DNA from: Epithemia pelagica | Taxonomy: Eukaryota > Protista > Bacillariophyta | Reading direction: 5' to 3' | Length of the DNA: 64,000 bases | NCBI GenBank assembly: GCA_946965045.2 | Contig: OX337233.1 | Span: forward strand, 1,550,001 to 1,614,000 | In this document: positions 1-11,014 of the stretch, one piece after another | Layout of the letters: every line of letters starts with the position of its first letter | Position numbering within the stretch: position 1 is the first letter of the stretch | Notes under the pieces: model-generated | The model's database searches: none | What the model saw: the letters and a program-made list of their open reading frames with translations, nothing else | Told to the model about the DNA's origin: nothing | Position numbers and translations under genes: made by a program

Positions 1-131
1 TACGACCGGGAAGTAGTTTCGTGCGAGTCGCGCGGTTTCCCTCTCGTGTGTGACACTTGTGTGACACTTTGTGACATGGCTTCGAGGAATTTCTCACTAC
101 CTACACAGCTTGATAGGGAGTAAGTTTACTA

Positions 132-301
132 CTTCCCTGTGTCTGGCCGTCCTCTCGCGTCGGGCGCGCCCGGCTTGTCGGGAGAATGACTCGACGGGCA
201 ATTGTCTTGTCGGGCGTGCGCCCTCCTCGACCATTGCCCTCCTCGTCATTCTACCCTCCGCGCCGGGCAGTCCCTCCTTGAAAGGACTCGACACCGGGAA
301 G
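132..301. mobile_element. Candidate ~170-bp MITE (Tc1/mariner-like, TA target duplication)
   Basis: 126-143 TTACTACTTCCCTGTGTC and 290-307 GACACCGGGAAGTATTAA are inverted repeats (16/18). They read as TA|CTTCCC...GGGAAG|TA around a GC-rich interior. A third end-like copy, CCGGGAAG|TA, sits at 6-15. Confidence 0.45.
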
Positions 302-348
302 TATTAATACTACCTCTACAATTCTCGAAAATATAGGGGGATCTTACA

Positions 349-416
349 GAAGAGGAGGGGAAAAAAGGAGGAGAAAAAAAGAAGAAGAAAAGGAAAAAAG
401 AAAAAGAAGGAAGAAA
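349..416. repeat. Polypurine (A/G-only) low-complexity tract
   Basis: About 68 bp composed only of A and G. Confidence 0.8.
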
Positions 417-946
417 TTATGGTAAGATTCCCTTCGTCGAGAACGTGCGATTGCCGCTATCAGAATGTGATCTAATTGGCTGTTGTCTTTGTCACTGTTT
501 CTTCCCCTGTGTGCAATGTGTGGTGAGTACGTGGTGGACCACGAAGTAGAGAGGAGGGGATTTGGCAGGTCCCCACGGTCAACGTACGAGTGTTTCTACG
601 GTAAGTGCTGAGAGCAGCTGTCTTTTGCCTATGTAAAACAACGTCAGCCTCACATATGCCTTGTGACATTTGTTCGTATTGCCGGTGTGTGTCTTTTAGC
701 CATACTTAAAACGCCGTATACTGCGCGAAGATTTGCAAATGGCTAGCTACTCCACGGCACGCAAATTTGCAGATCTTCTCATTATTTTATCAACGATGGC
801 TTTCTCACTACTGTTGTTGTGTTCTTGCCAATACTGTTTTCTTTCGTTCTTCTGTTTCTGGTAACAGCACCATGGTAAGTGCTCAAGCACTGCTGGTGCC
901 CGAATCATGTTGCTTTTTTCATTTCACTAACTATTTTTATTTTTTC

Positions 947-3900
947 TCAATACAGACGATTGCTCGCATGGTTTCGGCATGATTTGTCATGCGGTGGGAT
1001 GCCCCTTCGATTGGGGCGATTCCAGTACTGAATGTTGCGGATGCAACAGTTGTTGGTTGGAAGTTGCGGGGGGAATTGTGGTGGTGGTTGATTTGGCAGC
1101 AGTATTTGTTGATGGGCCGGATTGGGCACGGCCGTTGTTTGCTGGCAGAGGATCGTGGACAAGAAAGCTGCCTGCTGCAGCAATTGCTGCTGGTAGTGAT
1201 AGACCTTGGTCTGGTTGTGTTGCATGGATGGCACCGCTTGGTGCTGGATCATTTGTTGTTGTGTTGGAGGCATGGTAATGTTTGTTGTTGTTGTTGTTGC
1301 ATTTGGATTCTTTGCAGGCTGGAAATGGGCGGCCACTGGAGATGATTCAGCTTGCATACTGTTTGTCTCACCCTCCTCATCTGCCATATTGATATCTTCG
1401 CTGTCACTCTCCTTTTCTTTTTCTTTTTCTTTTTCTTTTTCTTCATTCATGTCTTGCTCTTCATCTGATTCATCTTCCTCGTCATGCTGTCCGTTGTTGT
1501 TGTCATCGTTGTTGTCTTCATGATCGTGTCCCATCTCTTCGATTGCAAGTTGTGTTTTAGTGTGGAGATAACTGGAACAGCCATTGCAGGGACAGTGGTC
1601 ATTGTGGAAGAATTGGAGCGGCCATTGTTGCTGGATCTCTGTTTGGATTGAGAGATATTCCGAGAAGAAGCGTTCACCGTTGTCGTCCGGTAAGTCCTCC
1701 ACGTAGTCGAACGGTTTCTTTGCCCCGCAGCGAACGGCAAGCTTGTTGATGAATGCCAACTCGCAGTGATTCCAGTGACTCACAACTCCTTCCCATGCTG
1801 CAGGCATTTTCTTGTTGCGTTGTTGCGAATTGAGATTGGCTAAACGGACGTTTTGTCGTATTTTCTTGTTGTATCGTGCTGTTCCACAGAGATTCAGCAC
1901 ATCGCTGAGTGCCTCGTTCATACCTCCATTCCCACAATGGGCAAGGTCGTCGTGCCATGATTCAAGCTTACTTTCACCACGGTAAGACACAAACTCACTC
2001 AACCCGTGCTTTGAATTGGGATGGGCCTTGATCTCACGATACATTTTCTTCGTTGGCAGTGGATCCGACAAGAACTCCGCTTTGTTTTTGCAGTTTTCGA
2101 TTGCCTGGTGCGTTTCAGCAGTGAACAGAGATTGCTGTGTACGCGGATCAAGCCTCCCTCGTGCTGGACTCGAACCCTCGGAAGCTCTCACCTTGTACTT
2201 GTTTTTCCATTCTTCTAGTTTTGTTGTGATGGCCTGTTTCCCCCGAATCTTCTTCCGTAAGTACTTTCCATACCTTTGTCGAAAGGTTTTTGTTTGGCGC
2301 ATCTCTGCAATGCCTTTGTCACTGTACTTCTCACCTGTTGCCGACATTTCTCCATTCTTTAGGGCTGTCACGAGTCTGCCAAAGTCGCCGTCGTCATACT
2401 CGTATAGACAGTCGAGGAGGTCACGCATTGCATCACCATAGTCTATGTGACTCGGACGCATGGTCTTAGTGATTCGGCGAATGAAATGGAACAGGCCCAG
2501 TCTACCTTGGACATTATTCCCTTCTTTGCCTTTACCCAACAATTCCTCCCAATAGCCTTTTTTGTGCGGGAAGGTGTCCGAATACATGATAGATGGTCGG
2601 AATCCTGGTCGCTTGGCCAGTTGGGTTGCGGCATGTGAGAAATGCTTGGTTTCTGTAGTTTTGACAAGAATAGCCAAGAGCACTTCCCCATGTTCATTAC
2701 AACAATCAAACAGGGCCTCGGCTTGTATCCTTTTGGGATAATTTTTTACAACTTGGAAAGTATGATCTTGAGCAAAGCTTGTCGAGCATTTGACTGCTTG
2801 TATTTCGCGCGTGTGCCTGTCTTTGTCGCTCAATCTCCACGGATTCCAGGTGCTCTGGCTGGCCTCTAGATAGGCTTTTCGGATGGTTTCACCCAATGGA
2901 GGGAACCTGGTCAACCATTCTCCATCTTTCTCTGGATAGTCGTGGGCCCTCTGATGTGTAGAGTCACAAAAGGACATATAGTTAGTCACCCTGTCTCTAT
3001 AATCACGATTGATTGCAGCATATATGAGGTCACTGACGAGATCCCCATTCCCATGGGTGATCATCAACTCCTCAATCATGGTTGTAGAGATGACATCCAA
3101 GTGCTGTGCACCTCGAGCCCACTTTGCCTTGACTGGGTACCATTTCTGAAAATGTGAGGGCGTCATGTTCAGAAGTGCGCCGTCGTTGCCGGCATGCGTC
3201 ACCTTGCACTCCGGGCAGTAGTAGTTGGTGACCAGGGCGTAGTGTGGAGCACCACCAAGATTAAAAATCGGGAACAAACTCTTGCTCCTGGACAGGTTCG
3301 TGCGGTCTCTTTTTAGTGTACAAGTCTTACACTTTGGGCACTTGAGCCCAATATTTTTGAATTCTTCCGGTAGAAATAGCCCCCAATCCACAATGTATAA
3401 TTTGCACCCTACTATTGAGTCCCACAGGGCATTGTTGTTGTCACGCACGTCGGGCACACAGAACTCCATGTTGCGCATGTATGCCTTAAGTGACGACAGG
3501 TCACGCTTCTTCTCTAAACAAGTCTCAGCGATCGTCTTGGCCAGCGCAAAAATCATCTTTGGACATGTAATCGAACTGTCTGGCGTGATTTCTTTATATT
3601 TGTTGAGTACCGATGTCATAAAAACATACTCCGCTGACCCAACCGAAGACAAAACTTTGTTATTGATGAGAGCATCCGTGCGCGCAACACAGTTCTTCCT
3701 TCCTCCCCGTTTACTTGAAATCTCAATATCCGCCGCCGTTATGGTTGTGGCTTCGTTTGAAGCCTCACATACTGTTTTGTTGTTGAGTTGGAAGAAGAGG
3801 TTGAATTCCTCTTGGCTCATGATGATGGGCTTGAAGGTCACCTCCCTTGTTGCCTCCTTCTTCAGCCTTTCTTCCTCTCTCAATGCTTCCACCAGATGAT

Positions 3901-4195
3901 CAGGGATGCCCTTGGTCTTTGTGTTCTTGGTGCAAAACTTGTGGTGAGATCGTTTGGGGGGCTTGATGCCCAGACGCTTGGCAGAACAGATTCTGCAGTC
4001 CCTGTCTTCCTCAAATGCCTTCTTCTTCTCCAGGGTGAGTTGGTTCCGTCTTCTTGCTTCCTTCTTCTTCTTTGTTGACTTTGTTTGGTGTTGTGCTAAC
4101 GATTTCGCCCGTTTTGTTTGGTTGTTTCGTCGTTCAATACGAGCATAAGGTGCATATAGTGCGCGCAGGACGACCCCCAATTTCCCCAGTACCAC
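947..4195 (-). CDS. Putative DDE transposase, MULE-like / DUF6729-type (1082 aa; true start uncertain)
   Basis: Intact long ORF. Cys cluster CPKC...YYCPEC...LLNMTPSHFQKWYP resembles DUF6729 proteins. Putative catalytic motifs AQDHTF (D), MYSDT (D), GLFHFIRRI (xxxH) and RGESKLESWH (E). Acidic and Q-rich tail ends in CC...RGIPPHDKSC. Confidence 0.65.
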   Translation of the reverse strand: MVLGKLGVVLRALYAPYARIERRNNQTKRAKSLAQHQTKSTKKKKEARRRNQLTLEKKKAFEEDRDCRICSAKRLGIKPPKRSHHKFCTKNTKTKGIPDHLVEALREEERLKKEATREVTFKPIIMSQEEFNLFFQLNNKTVCEASNEATTITAADIEISSKRGGRKNCVARTDALINNKVLSSVGSAEYVFMTSVLNKYKEITPDSSITCPKMIFALAKTIAETCLEKKRDLSSLKAYMRNMEFCVPDVRDNNNALWDSIVGCKLYIVDWGLFLPEEFKNIGLKCPKCKTCTLKRDRTNLSRSKSLFPIFNLGGAPHYALVTNYYCPECKVTHAGNDGALLNMTPSHFQKWYPVKAKWARGAQHLDVISTTMIEELMITHGNGDLVSDLIYAAINRDYRDRVTNYMSFCDSTHQRAHDYPEKDGEWLTRFPPLGETIRKAYLEASQSTWNPWRLSDKDRHTREIQAVKCSTSFAQDHTFQVVKNYPKRIQAEALFDCCNEHGEVLLAILVKTTETKHFSHAATQLAKRPGFRPSIMYSDTFPHKKGYWEELLGKGKEGNNVQGRLGLFHFIRRITKTMRPSHIDYGDAMRDLLDCLYEYDDGDFGRLVTALKNGEMSATGEKYSDKGIAEMRQTKTFRQRYGKYLRKKIRGKQAITTKLEEWKNKYKVRASEGSSPARGRLDPRTQQSLFTAETHQAIENCKNKAEFLSDPLPTKKMYREIKAHPNSKHGLSEFVSYRGESKLESWHDDLAHCGNGGMNEALSDVLNLCGTARYNKKIRQNVRLANLNSQQRNKKMPAAWEGVVSHWNHCELAFINKLAVRCGAKKPFDYVEDLPDDNGERFFSEYLSIQTEIQQQWPLQFFHNDHCPCNGCSSYLHTKTQLAIEEMGHDHEDNNDDNNNGQHDEEDESDEEQDMNEEKEKEKEKEKESDSEDINMADEEGETNSMQAESSPVAAHFQPAKNPNATTTTTNITMPPTQQQMIQHQAVPSMQHNQTKVYHYQQQLLQQAAFLSTILCQQTTAVPNPAHQQILLPNQPPPQFPPQLPTNNCCIRNIQYWNRPNRRGIPPHDKSCRNHASNRLY

Positions 4196-4706
4196 ATCGG
4201 AAGCCCAAAATATACTCTGAAATAATGAATGCTTTGAATCTTGTTAAGTATAAGACCCAAAATTTGCTTCCAACAGACCATCCGATTTGCTTCGGGTCCC
4301 ATTAACCGAATTTCCAATGAATTTGTCACGGACCACTTCCATCTATCCGTTGAGTAACCGATCCAGCACACTGTTTTGTCCGATGACAGTAAGACTGAAA
4401 ATTGACCTTTCTACCACCGGTCGAAGTTACACCATTGTTATATCATTGGATTTGCGGCTCACAATTTTTCACACAAAACTACCCAGCGATCCATACACAC
4501 CCCCGAATATAAAAAATATACAGAAATTAAAAGTATACAAAACCTCAGTCGCCTATTGATCGTGTTTTATTCGACGATGTAGGTGCCGACCTCAACTGCC
4601 TCCAACCCCTTCTTGACCATGTCATCTACGAACAATATGATAATATGAGTCGATGATTGTCTCTTAGAGCCATCGAATATACCTGTCGTTCTTCCAACTC
4701 ATCGCC

Positions 4707-7700
4707 ATGGGTCGTAGACGGTCCAACAAACGCCAACCACCGAACAACAGCTCTCCCTCACGACAAACTCCGACTCGAAAGTCACGTCGTGTTGCCGATG
4801 CCGAGAAACGAAAAGAAACCAACGCCATTCTTGAGATTGCCAGAAAAGATGTACAACTGATACCTTCCCCAAACCAACAAACCCGTCAGAAAAGAGAGGA
4901 TTCCGAAGTAGATTGTGAGTACAATTCTGTAGTACGCAAACGAATTGCCAAAATTCTTTTGGATTGTGCCGACATGGACAAGGTTCCCTGCTCTGTTTAT
5001 GGGAGACAACGTTACAAGAAGTACCCATCATTCTTCTTCTGCAGTCGATGCGAAAAAGCTGACCGAGAAGAACAAAACCGTCCGAAGTGCTATATCAATC
5101 GAAAGACGAAAAACGGACGATATGCCTGTCAAGCTGAGCACAAGAACTGGTTCAAACCGACCCAACTTGACCCCAAGTCCAAACACAAACCGGAAGCTCC
5201 TCCCTCGGAACTGTTCTGTGTTCCCATTGAAGAAAGAACTACATCCAGCCCTCCCTCCAAGACCATCACTCCCTCTTCCTCACCCAAGTCACCGGCGCCT
5301 CTTGATGATTTCTTGTTGCCGAAAGATTGTCCTCAGTCGACCGAATCTCCCGACTTCGACACCCTCCTCATGCGCCAAACCATTGAAGCAATCGAAGACG
5401 ACCAGGACCGAGACGAATCAAGTTGTAACGTTCACTCGGAAAATCCAGAAGATGTGTCTCCTGACAACATCCCGGACGACGAAAGCCTTGATGACTTGCC
5501 CCCTTGGGCAGACCAAGACACTGACGAACTCGACGAGTTACCACCTTTTAACTCGATGGAAATACAATCCGATTGCTCCGAACCCATGGTCTCCTCCGAA
5601 CCAATGGCCTCCGAAGATCTCTCCATAGCAAAAGATTCAGCGTCCCCGCTCATTCGAGAAGAACGAGAAGGAAACCAAGACGACCGTCAAAAGACTCCAC
5701 AAGTCAACACTGTTCATGAAGAAGACTGCTCCAACCCAAACCCCCTATCTCCATCAAGGGAGAAGTCCTTGTTGGATAGAATCGATAAACTGGTAGACTT
5801 GTTAGAAAGCTCAAACAACGAGCTGGAAGAATGCAAGCGCAAGTTAAAAAATAAGACTGAGGAACTCGGTTACTGGAAGCGCAAGGATTTTCAGACCAAA
5901 CTGCCACGGTCATGTTACTACCCGAAGGACCGTAAGAAGCTTATAGAACACATCCAATACTTGCTTGAAAGTCGTACCCAAAACATGGATTCCTCAAGCC
6001 GGGCTGCTAGTGAATGCTTCCGCGATGTGGCAGAACTCTGTCTTGACAAGACTGTCCACGGCGGACTGCTGTTTGAGTCGGCCTACAGTGTTTTCCGGCA
6101 ATATGTACAAAACCATATCTTCACGCCCTACAACATCCTGAAGAAAATGGACCTTTTGGGAGGCCGGTTAAACTTCAGCGGCATCGAAGTACTTCGGTCC
6201 GTAGAGACAAATGACGTCCCGAGAGTGAGAACACTCCTACCAAGCACCTCAGCCCTTCAAGAGTGTGCCAAAGCAGTAGAAAAGTTTGGGTCGGTCCTTT
6301 TTCCCTACAAACTTATGAGAAACAAGGTTGATGGTTCGGAAGGGTTCACATTCCGAGCGTCCGACGTGATGTCTGGGATATTGGTTGCGAGTGGTTGCCT
6401 CTATGGTGATGCTTTGTGGCGTCCCATTCGACTGGCACAAAGTCTGGATGGGGCATTGTTCACCAAGAATCTAAGCCACACGCTAGGTGGCTTGAAGTTC
6501 AATGACCAATCAAACAGTCTCGCCCAATCAAGAAACAGCGTCTGGCCAGTGGTTTGTGTATGTAGGCCAGAGAGTAAGGGTTTGGTTCGGTCAATCTTCC
6601 GAAACATGATTCAGGAGATAAGGGAAGGGGCGAGGACTGTAGTTCCCACCAAATTCCGTGTCTGTCCGCTCCGCATCTGCACGAACTGCGATATGTCGTG
6701 CGAGTGGAAGCTATTGGGTAGGGGTGGAGCGGCCCAACAAGCAACGTTTCCGTGCTCCAAATGCACTGCTCGCAGTGGAGAATTACATTTGCCCAATTCG
6801 AAAGAAGTAAAACAATCGTGTACACTATGTAAACAGTTGGGGAGTCTTGAAGATCCAGAAATTAAATGCTACCACCATACAATGTGCACCAAGGAGCTTC
6901 TTTCGACCCTAGAAGAAGACGTCAAGCAATTCAAGAAGGAGATGCCAAATATCCATAAGAATCTCCAAAAGGTTTGGGCCGATTCGAAGATCACTATGAA
7001 GGTCGATCCCAGATCAGTACCCGCTGGAAACCAACAATCAGATATTTCCTGTATCCACTTCGATCTATCAAAGGCCACTCCTCCTCAACGCCAAGAGTAC
7101 GCCAAGAACTTAACCAACGACTTGTTTGCTCGCAAGCTGGAGCTGCGAGGAACAATAGAAGAAAGGCAACAACGGCTAAAAACCTCACAGATAAGAGAAT
7201 GGGAGTACTACCAAGCAACTAGAGTCATTGGTGACTTCAACGAGTCCAAGCACTCAACGGCATTGGTCTACTTACTTGACACGGTTCCATGCATTCTCCA
7301 CATGGAGAATCGCATGGGAATCAAAATATTGACCATGTGCCTAAAAAAGGGCCTCGACGATGCAATAATGGGAGACCTGCCATGGTTGCAAAAGAAGCTA
7401 CCTGCCGACAAACGAGGAAATGTTGGTGACCGGATACAGGGATTCCTACAAGTAGTGAATGAGACCATGTCCTTGCACATTCTCGGTACTGTTGACTTCC
7501 CAACACATTGGAAAGTGCCATTCGACGAAACCAAGAAGGTTATCAGTCCGATTACTATGGACAATGTGAGAATCAGGAGGGTACTACCATTGATGGACAA
7601 GCTCATATCAGTCTGTATAGCAAGCAAGTCGAAGCAACAACAGTGGTCGACATGTTTGGAAAACTACCGAGCATCCATGGAGATACTCAATCGAAAGAAT

Positions 7701-8418
7701 GATCTAAGTAACGCAGAGATTGATGAATACCAGCGATTCGCCGACCGCTTCTTCGCTGCCTGGGTGGTCCTAAATGGAGAGCACGGTGTAACTAACTACG
7801 CCCATCTGATAGGGTCAGGACACATCCATGAATACTTGGAACATTGGAAGAATTTATCTTCTCACGCACAACAGGGATGGGAAGGTAAGTGTCTTTGGAG
7901 AGACGGGGAACAGCTACATGTACACTGAACGTCCGAGAACAGCTCTATCTGTTGTAGACCTTGCCCATCTCATCTTTGTCACAGCGTTCAACAGTTTATT
8001 CAAAACTTTCTACTTTCATCGCACCCAAAGAGGTGGCAGCATCAATAAAGGAACCGGCCGTCAAACAAGGTTAGAGCCAATGGCCAGGTGGTTGCAGAGA
8101 CGAATGCTGTTCCTATGCGGGTACACTTGGGAACAGATCGTGGCAAACAACAAGAAACATGGGAAACCAAACAGGACGGGACGCGTGGACTGGGTTACAA
8201 AGAATGGCGGAACTATGGAATTCTGTCAACGGAAAGTACCTCTAGAAGAACCTAACCAAGATGACATGGAAGACGTGGCAGAGTTGGATGAGTGGGAATT
8301 CTTCAATCCGGGAACTACACCTACCACTGCTGGCACAATTGTACATGGTTCTACAATCCTAGGAGACGAATATGGGGACAATGATGTATGGGATAATGAA
8401 GAAGATCCAGAGTTGTAA
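4707..8418 (+). CDS. RAG1/Transib-like DDE transposase, 2 exons (4707-7884, 7985-8418), 1203 aa
   Basis: Intron 7885-7984 (GTAAGT...TCACAG) joins the two track ORFs in frame as QQGWE/AFNSLFK. Motifs in RAG1 order: SLDG (D, 6447), NCDMS (D, 6690), CSKC (6753), CILH (7290), NYAHLIGSGH (7794-7823), QGWEAFN (E, 7881). Confidence 0.75.
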
Positions 8419-8507
8419 GAAAAGGACTATTAGAGAAAGATCTGTTACGTTCATTGTATAGTGGTTCGGATTTGGAGACTCATGGTTAGGCTTTGATAAC
8501 CAGATAT

Positions 8508-10010
8508 TCAGGCAAAAGACTTGATGTCGGCAAGAAGTTGAATTGGGTCAGACCTAATGAACTCCATTTGGTTGTCTACGGAGTGATTGGTCTGAAATGC
8601 TGCTCCGGCAACACAGCGGCAATGAAAGTCAGGAAGTCCATCGCCTCGAGTAATGGAAACAATCTCCATGACAGTGTCGTCTTGGTGAAGAAACTGTGCA
8701 CCAATACGGATTTGCTTCGTCGCCTTTTTCTCTTCCTCGGTTTCCAGATTAGTGTCCGATTCAGTGTCACTTGATGATGAGGAAGATGATTCCCAGAGAA
8801 ATTCACCACGTAGAAGTCGGCTTAAATTCGGGCATGGTGGATTCTCTTCCAAGCCACCATCAGACTTCAAGGAGTATCGGTAACGTTGATATCCGACCGT
8901 GAGTCGGACATTGTACGGAGAGAACGTAAAATCGACTCTTGGTTCAACCGTACGCATCTTGAAGGGGCGTTCTTCGCTGTTTTGGGGAACAGAACTGGCA
9001 ACAACGGCAAGGTTGTGTCCATCGCGGAGTGGAATACCGTTTGGGCCATCTTTTAGAGTCGGCCGACGTTCAGAAAACCCATAAGTTGAATTGGGTCCTA
9101 ATATCATACGTAGAATTTCCAATTCTCTCTGAGATTGGAAACGAATAATCCCTGCGTTGAAGGAAATTTTCACCTTCGACCGACTGAGGGTGTGGTCGAG
9201 ATGAAAGAAGGAGTCAGAGAGTGAAATTTTGTGAGATGGCACAGTGGTTAGATAGTTCGCAACTTGAGAGATATACTTAATCGCTTCAGTTGGGATGTGT
9301 CCAATATTCAGACTAAGAACCTCTTTTTCAGACGCCTGTCCACTACGTTTGTTTAGGAGCTTGTTGAGAGCTTTTTTCAAGGCGTACAACCCATTCCAGA
9401 TGGCTTCGTGAATGCAGCGTTGGGGGGTGATCGACTTCGGACACTTGATGTAGTCCGGGTGGTCATTAGGGAATCCAAGGGCAGCTTCTTCCGGTAGGGG
9501 TAGCAACAGTCTCTTCTTGTTGCCCTTAGAATCCCATTCGTGGGCTTCCCAAAATCGAACAATGTATACATTGTGTAGTCCGCTTGCCCAAGCGTTCTTT
9601 GGAAGGGACATTTCTCTAAGGGTGAACACAAAAGCAGGAAAGAGACATGCCTTCAAGTCTTTTTCGTCCGAACAACTGAGGAAAACAAGTTCGTGCGATT
9701 CATACAACTCGATTTGTTGCGATCCGACACCTTGTAGAATGGGTGAGAAGGAGTGCTTCGGAGGCTTCGGTTTCTTTACTTTCGTCTTGTCCTTCTTGAA
9801 TAGGGGGTAAAACATTCTGAGTCGGATGCTGTCCTCCCACTCTCCCGGTTGGTCGAGTGACTTGTCATTTTGACGAACTTCGAGACGGGCAATGTGTTCG
9901 ATTGATTCATCCTTGTAGCGAACAAATGAACCCATGCGGACGGTGTCACGTAGATTGAAGTCGAAATGAGGAGACTGGTTGGGGGAAACAGTGTTCTCGT
10001 ACGTCGTCAT
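8508..10010 (-). CDS. Hypothetical TE-associated protein (~500 aa) with possible N-terminal BAH-like domain and acidic hinge
   Basis: Intact ORF; first ATG at 10010, open to 10130. VRMGSFVRY...HIARLEV...IRLRMFYP...IELYESHE...FPAFVF resembles the BAH pattern. SSSSSSSDTESDTNLETEEE linker precedes a small C-terminal beta-rich segment. Convergent with the RAG1-like gene across an 89-bp gap. Confidence 0.7.
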   Translation of the reverse strand: MTTYENTVSPNQSPHFDFNLRDTVRMGSFVRYKDESIEHIARLEVRQNDKSLDQPGEWEDSIRLRMFYPLFKKDKTKVKKPKPPKHSFSPILQGVGSQQIELYESHELVFLSCSDEKDLKACLFPAFVFTLREMSLPKNAWASGLHNVYIVRFWEAHEWDSKGNKKRLLLPLPEEAALGFPNDHPDYIKCPKSITPQRCIHEAIWNGLYALKKALNKLLNKRSGQASEKEVLSLNIGHIPTEAIKYISQVANYLTTVPSHKISLSDSFFHLDHTLSRSKVKISFNAGIIRFQSQRELEILRMILGPNSTYGFSERRPTLKDGPNGIPLRDGHNLAVVASSVPQNSEERPFKMRTVEPRVDFTFSPYNVRLTVGYQRYRYSLKSDGGLEENPPCPNLSRLLRGEFLWESSSSSSSDTESDTNLETEEEKKATKQIRIGAQFLHQDDTVMEIVSITRGDGLPDFHCRCVAGAAFQTNHSVDNQMEFIRSDPIQLLADIKSFA

Positions 10011-11014
10011 GGTTGATGGAGTTCCAATGGAGGAGAATGCTTTGTTTGTTTGGTGCCTCTCTGTCCAGTGCCGATACAACAATGATGTGATCTTTTGTCG
10101 GAGGGAACCCAATGGAGAGAAGCGAAGCAATGCGATACCGGTTAAGAGAGATTTAGCGGTGGTGAGACATTTTATTTAACAATGCCTATGTCGTGGTCAA
10201 AATGACAATGAAAGATACATAGGCGCGCGGGGTGACATATTTTCACGCCTGTCGGGTATGTGCGGGCAATGGGCACGTGTTGACAGGAAAAACCAAACAC
10301 CTAAAGCTCGTATTGTGGCTTTGGCAACCCATGCCCTCCTGTTCACTGGGTTTCCTTTTGTATGGGTTGTGCAGCACCACCCTTGGTGCTGGAGGTGGTG
10401 GAGAGTCATCCTCTGTGCCAGTCATCGTCTCTCTGTCCATTGTCCTTCCAGAAACGTGGACACCATTGTCCATGTCCTGGGCCACGGCAACCGCGACCGG
10501 TCTCATTGGCATGGAATCGTGTTGGAGCGGAACTCCTTGTCGTTTTCATCTTTTTCGTGGGGAAGTCGACAAGATTCCGTGGCTTTTTGCGCGTGGCGCG
10601 CGATGTCTACAGGCAAGAGAAGACATGTCTTGTGTGAGTTTTCGTTAAGTATTTTGCTGTCTTGTCTATGTCTTGTGAAATTTCTAACCCAATCATGTAT
10701 CTGCCATGTATTTCTGAGGCCCCTTGCGCTCTACAAGCATTGACACTCCCTATCGAGAGTGAACTACAACCTCCGAAACACTCCCTAGCGCTGTAAATGT
10801 GAGTGATTACCGATTGCAGACAACGAATCCAGTCATAGTCAACCAAGACTCAACCTCCGCTTGGGGGATAGTAGCACCACGTTTGTGGGGTGGGGTGGGT
10901 CTTTATTTTTGCAGATCTTTTCCAGAGGCATTTCCCAATATTTGTATGACAAGTGACAAGGAAACACAAGTCAAGAAGAAACAATAGAGGACGATTCAAA
11001 GACCATTCCTCTTC

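Noticed and set aside
440-598. Minus-strand TTYSPH...SQLDHILI resembling the C-terminal motif of a LINE AP endonuclease
   Set aside because: A single short motif with no other endonuclease or RT motifs nearby.
4550-10225. Possible termini for the RAG1-like pair: CGCCTATTGATCGT at 4550 versus inverse CGCCTATGTATCTT ending at 10225
   Set aside because: Only 11/14 match, no TSD and no Transib/RSS-like CAC end. Kept only as a place to look once other copies are aligned.
10243-10512. Short ORF (PPPPAPRVVLHNPYKRK) as an upstream exon of the BAH-like gene
   Set aside because: No convincing in-phase splice pair could be identified.
93-10803. Weak inverted similarity (CTCAC..ACAGC..TAGGGAGT) between 93-127 and 10777-10803 that would bound the whole TE cluster
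   Set aside because: Gapped and short with no TSD; compatible with chance.
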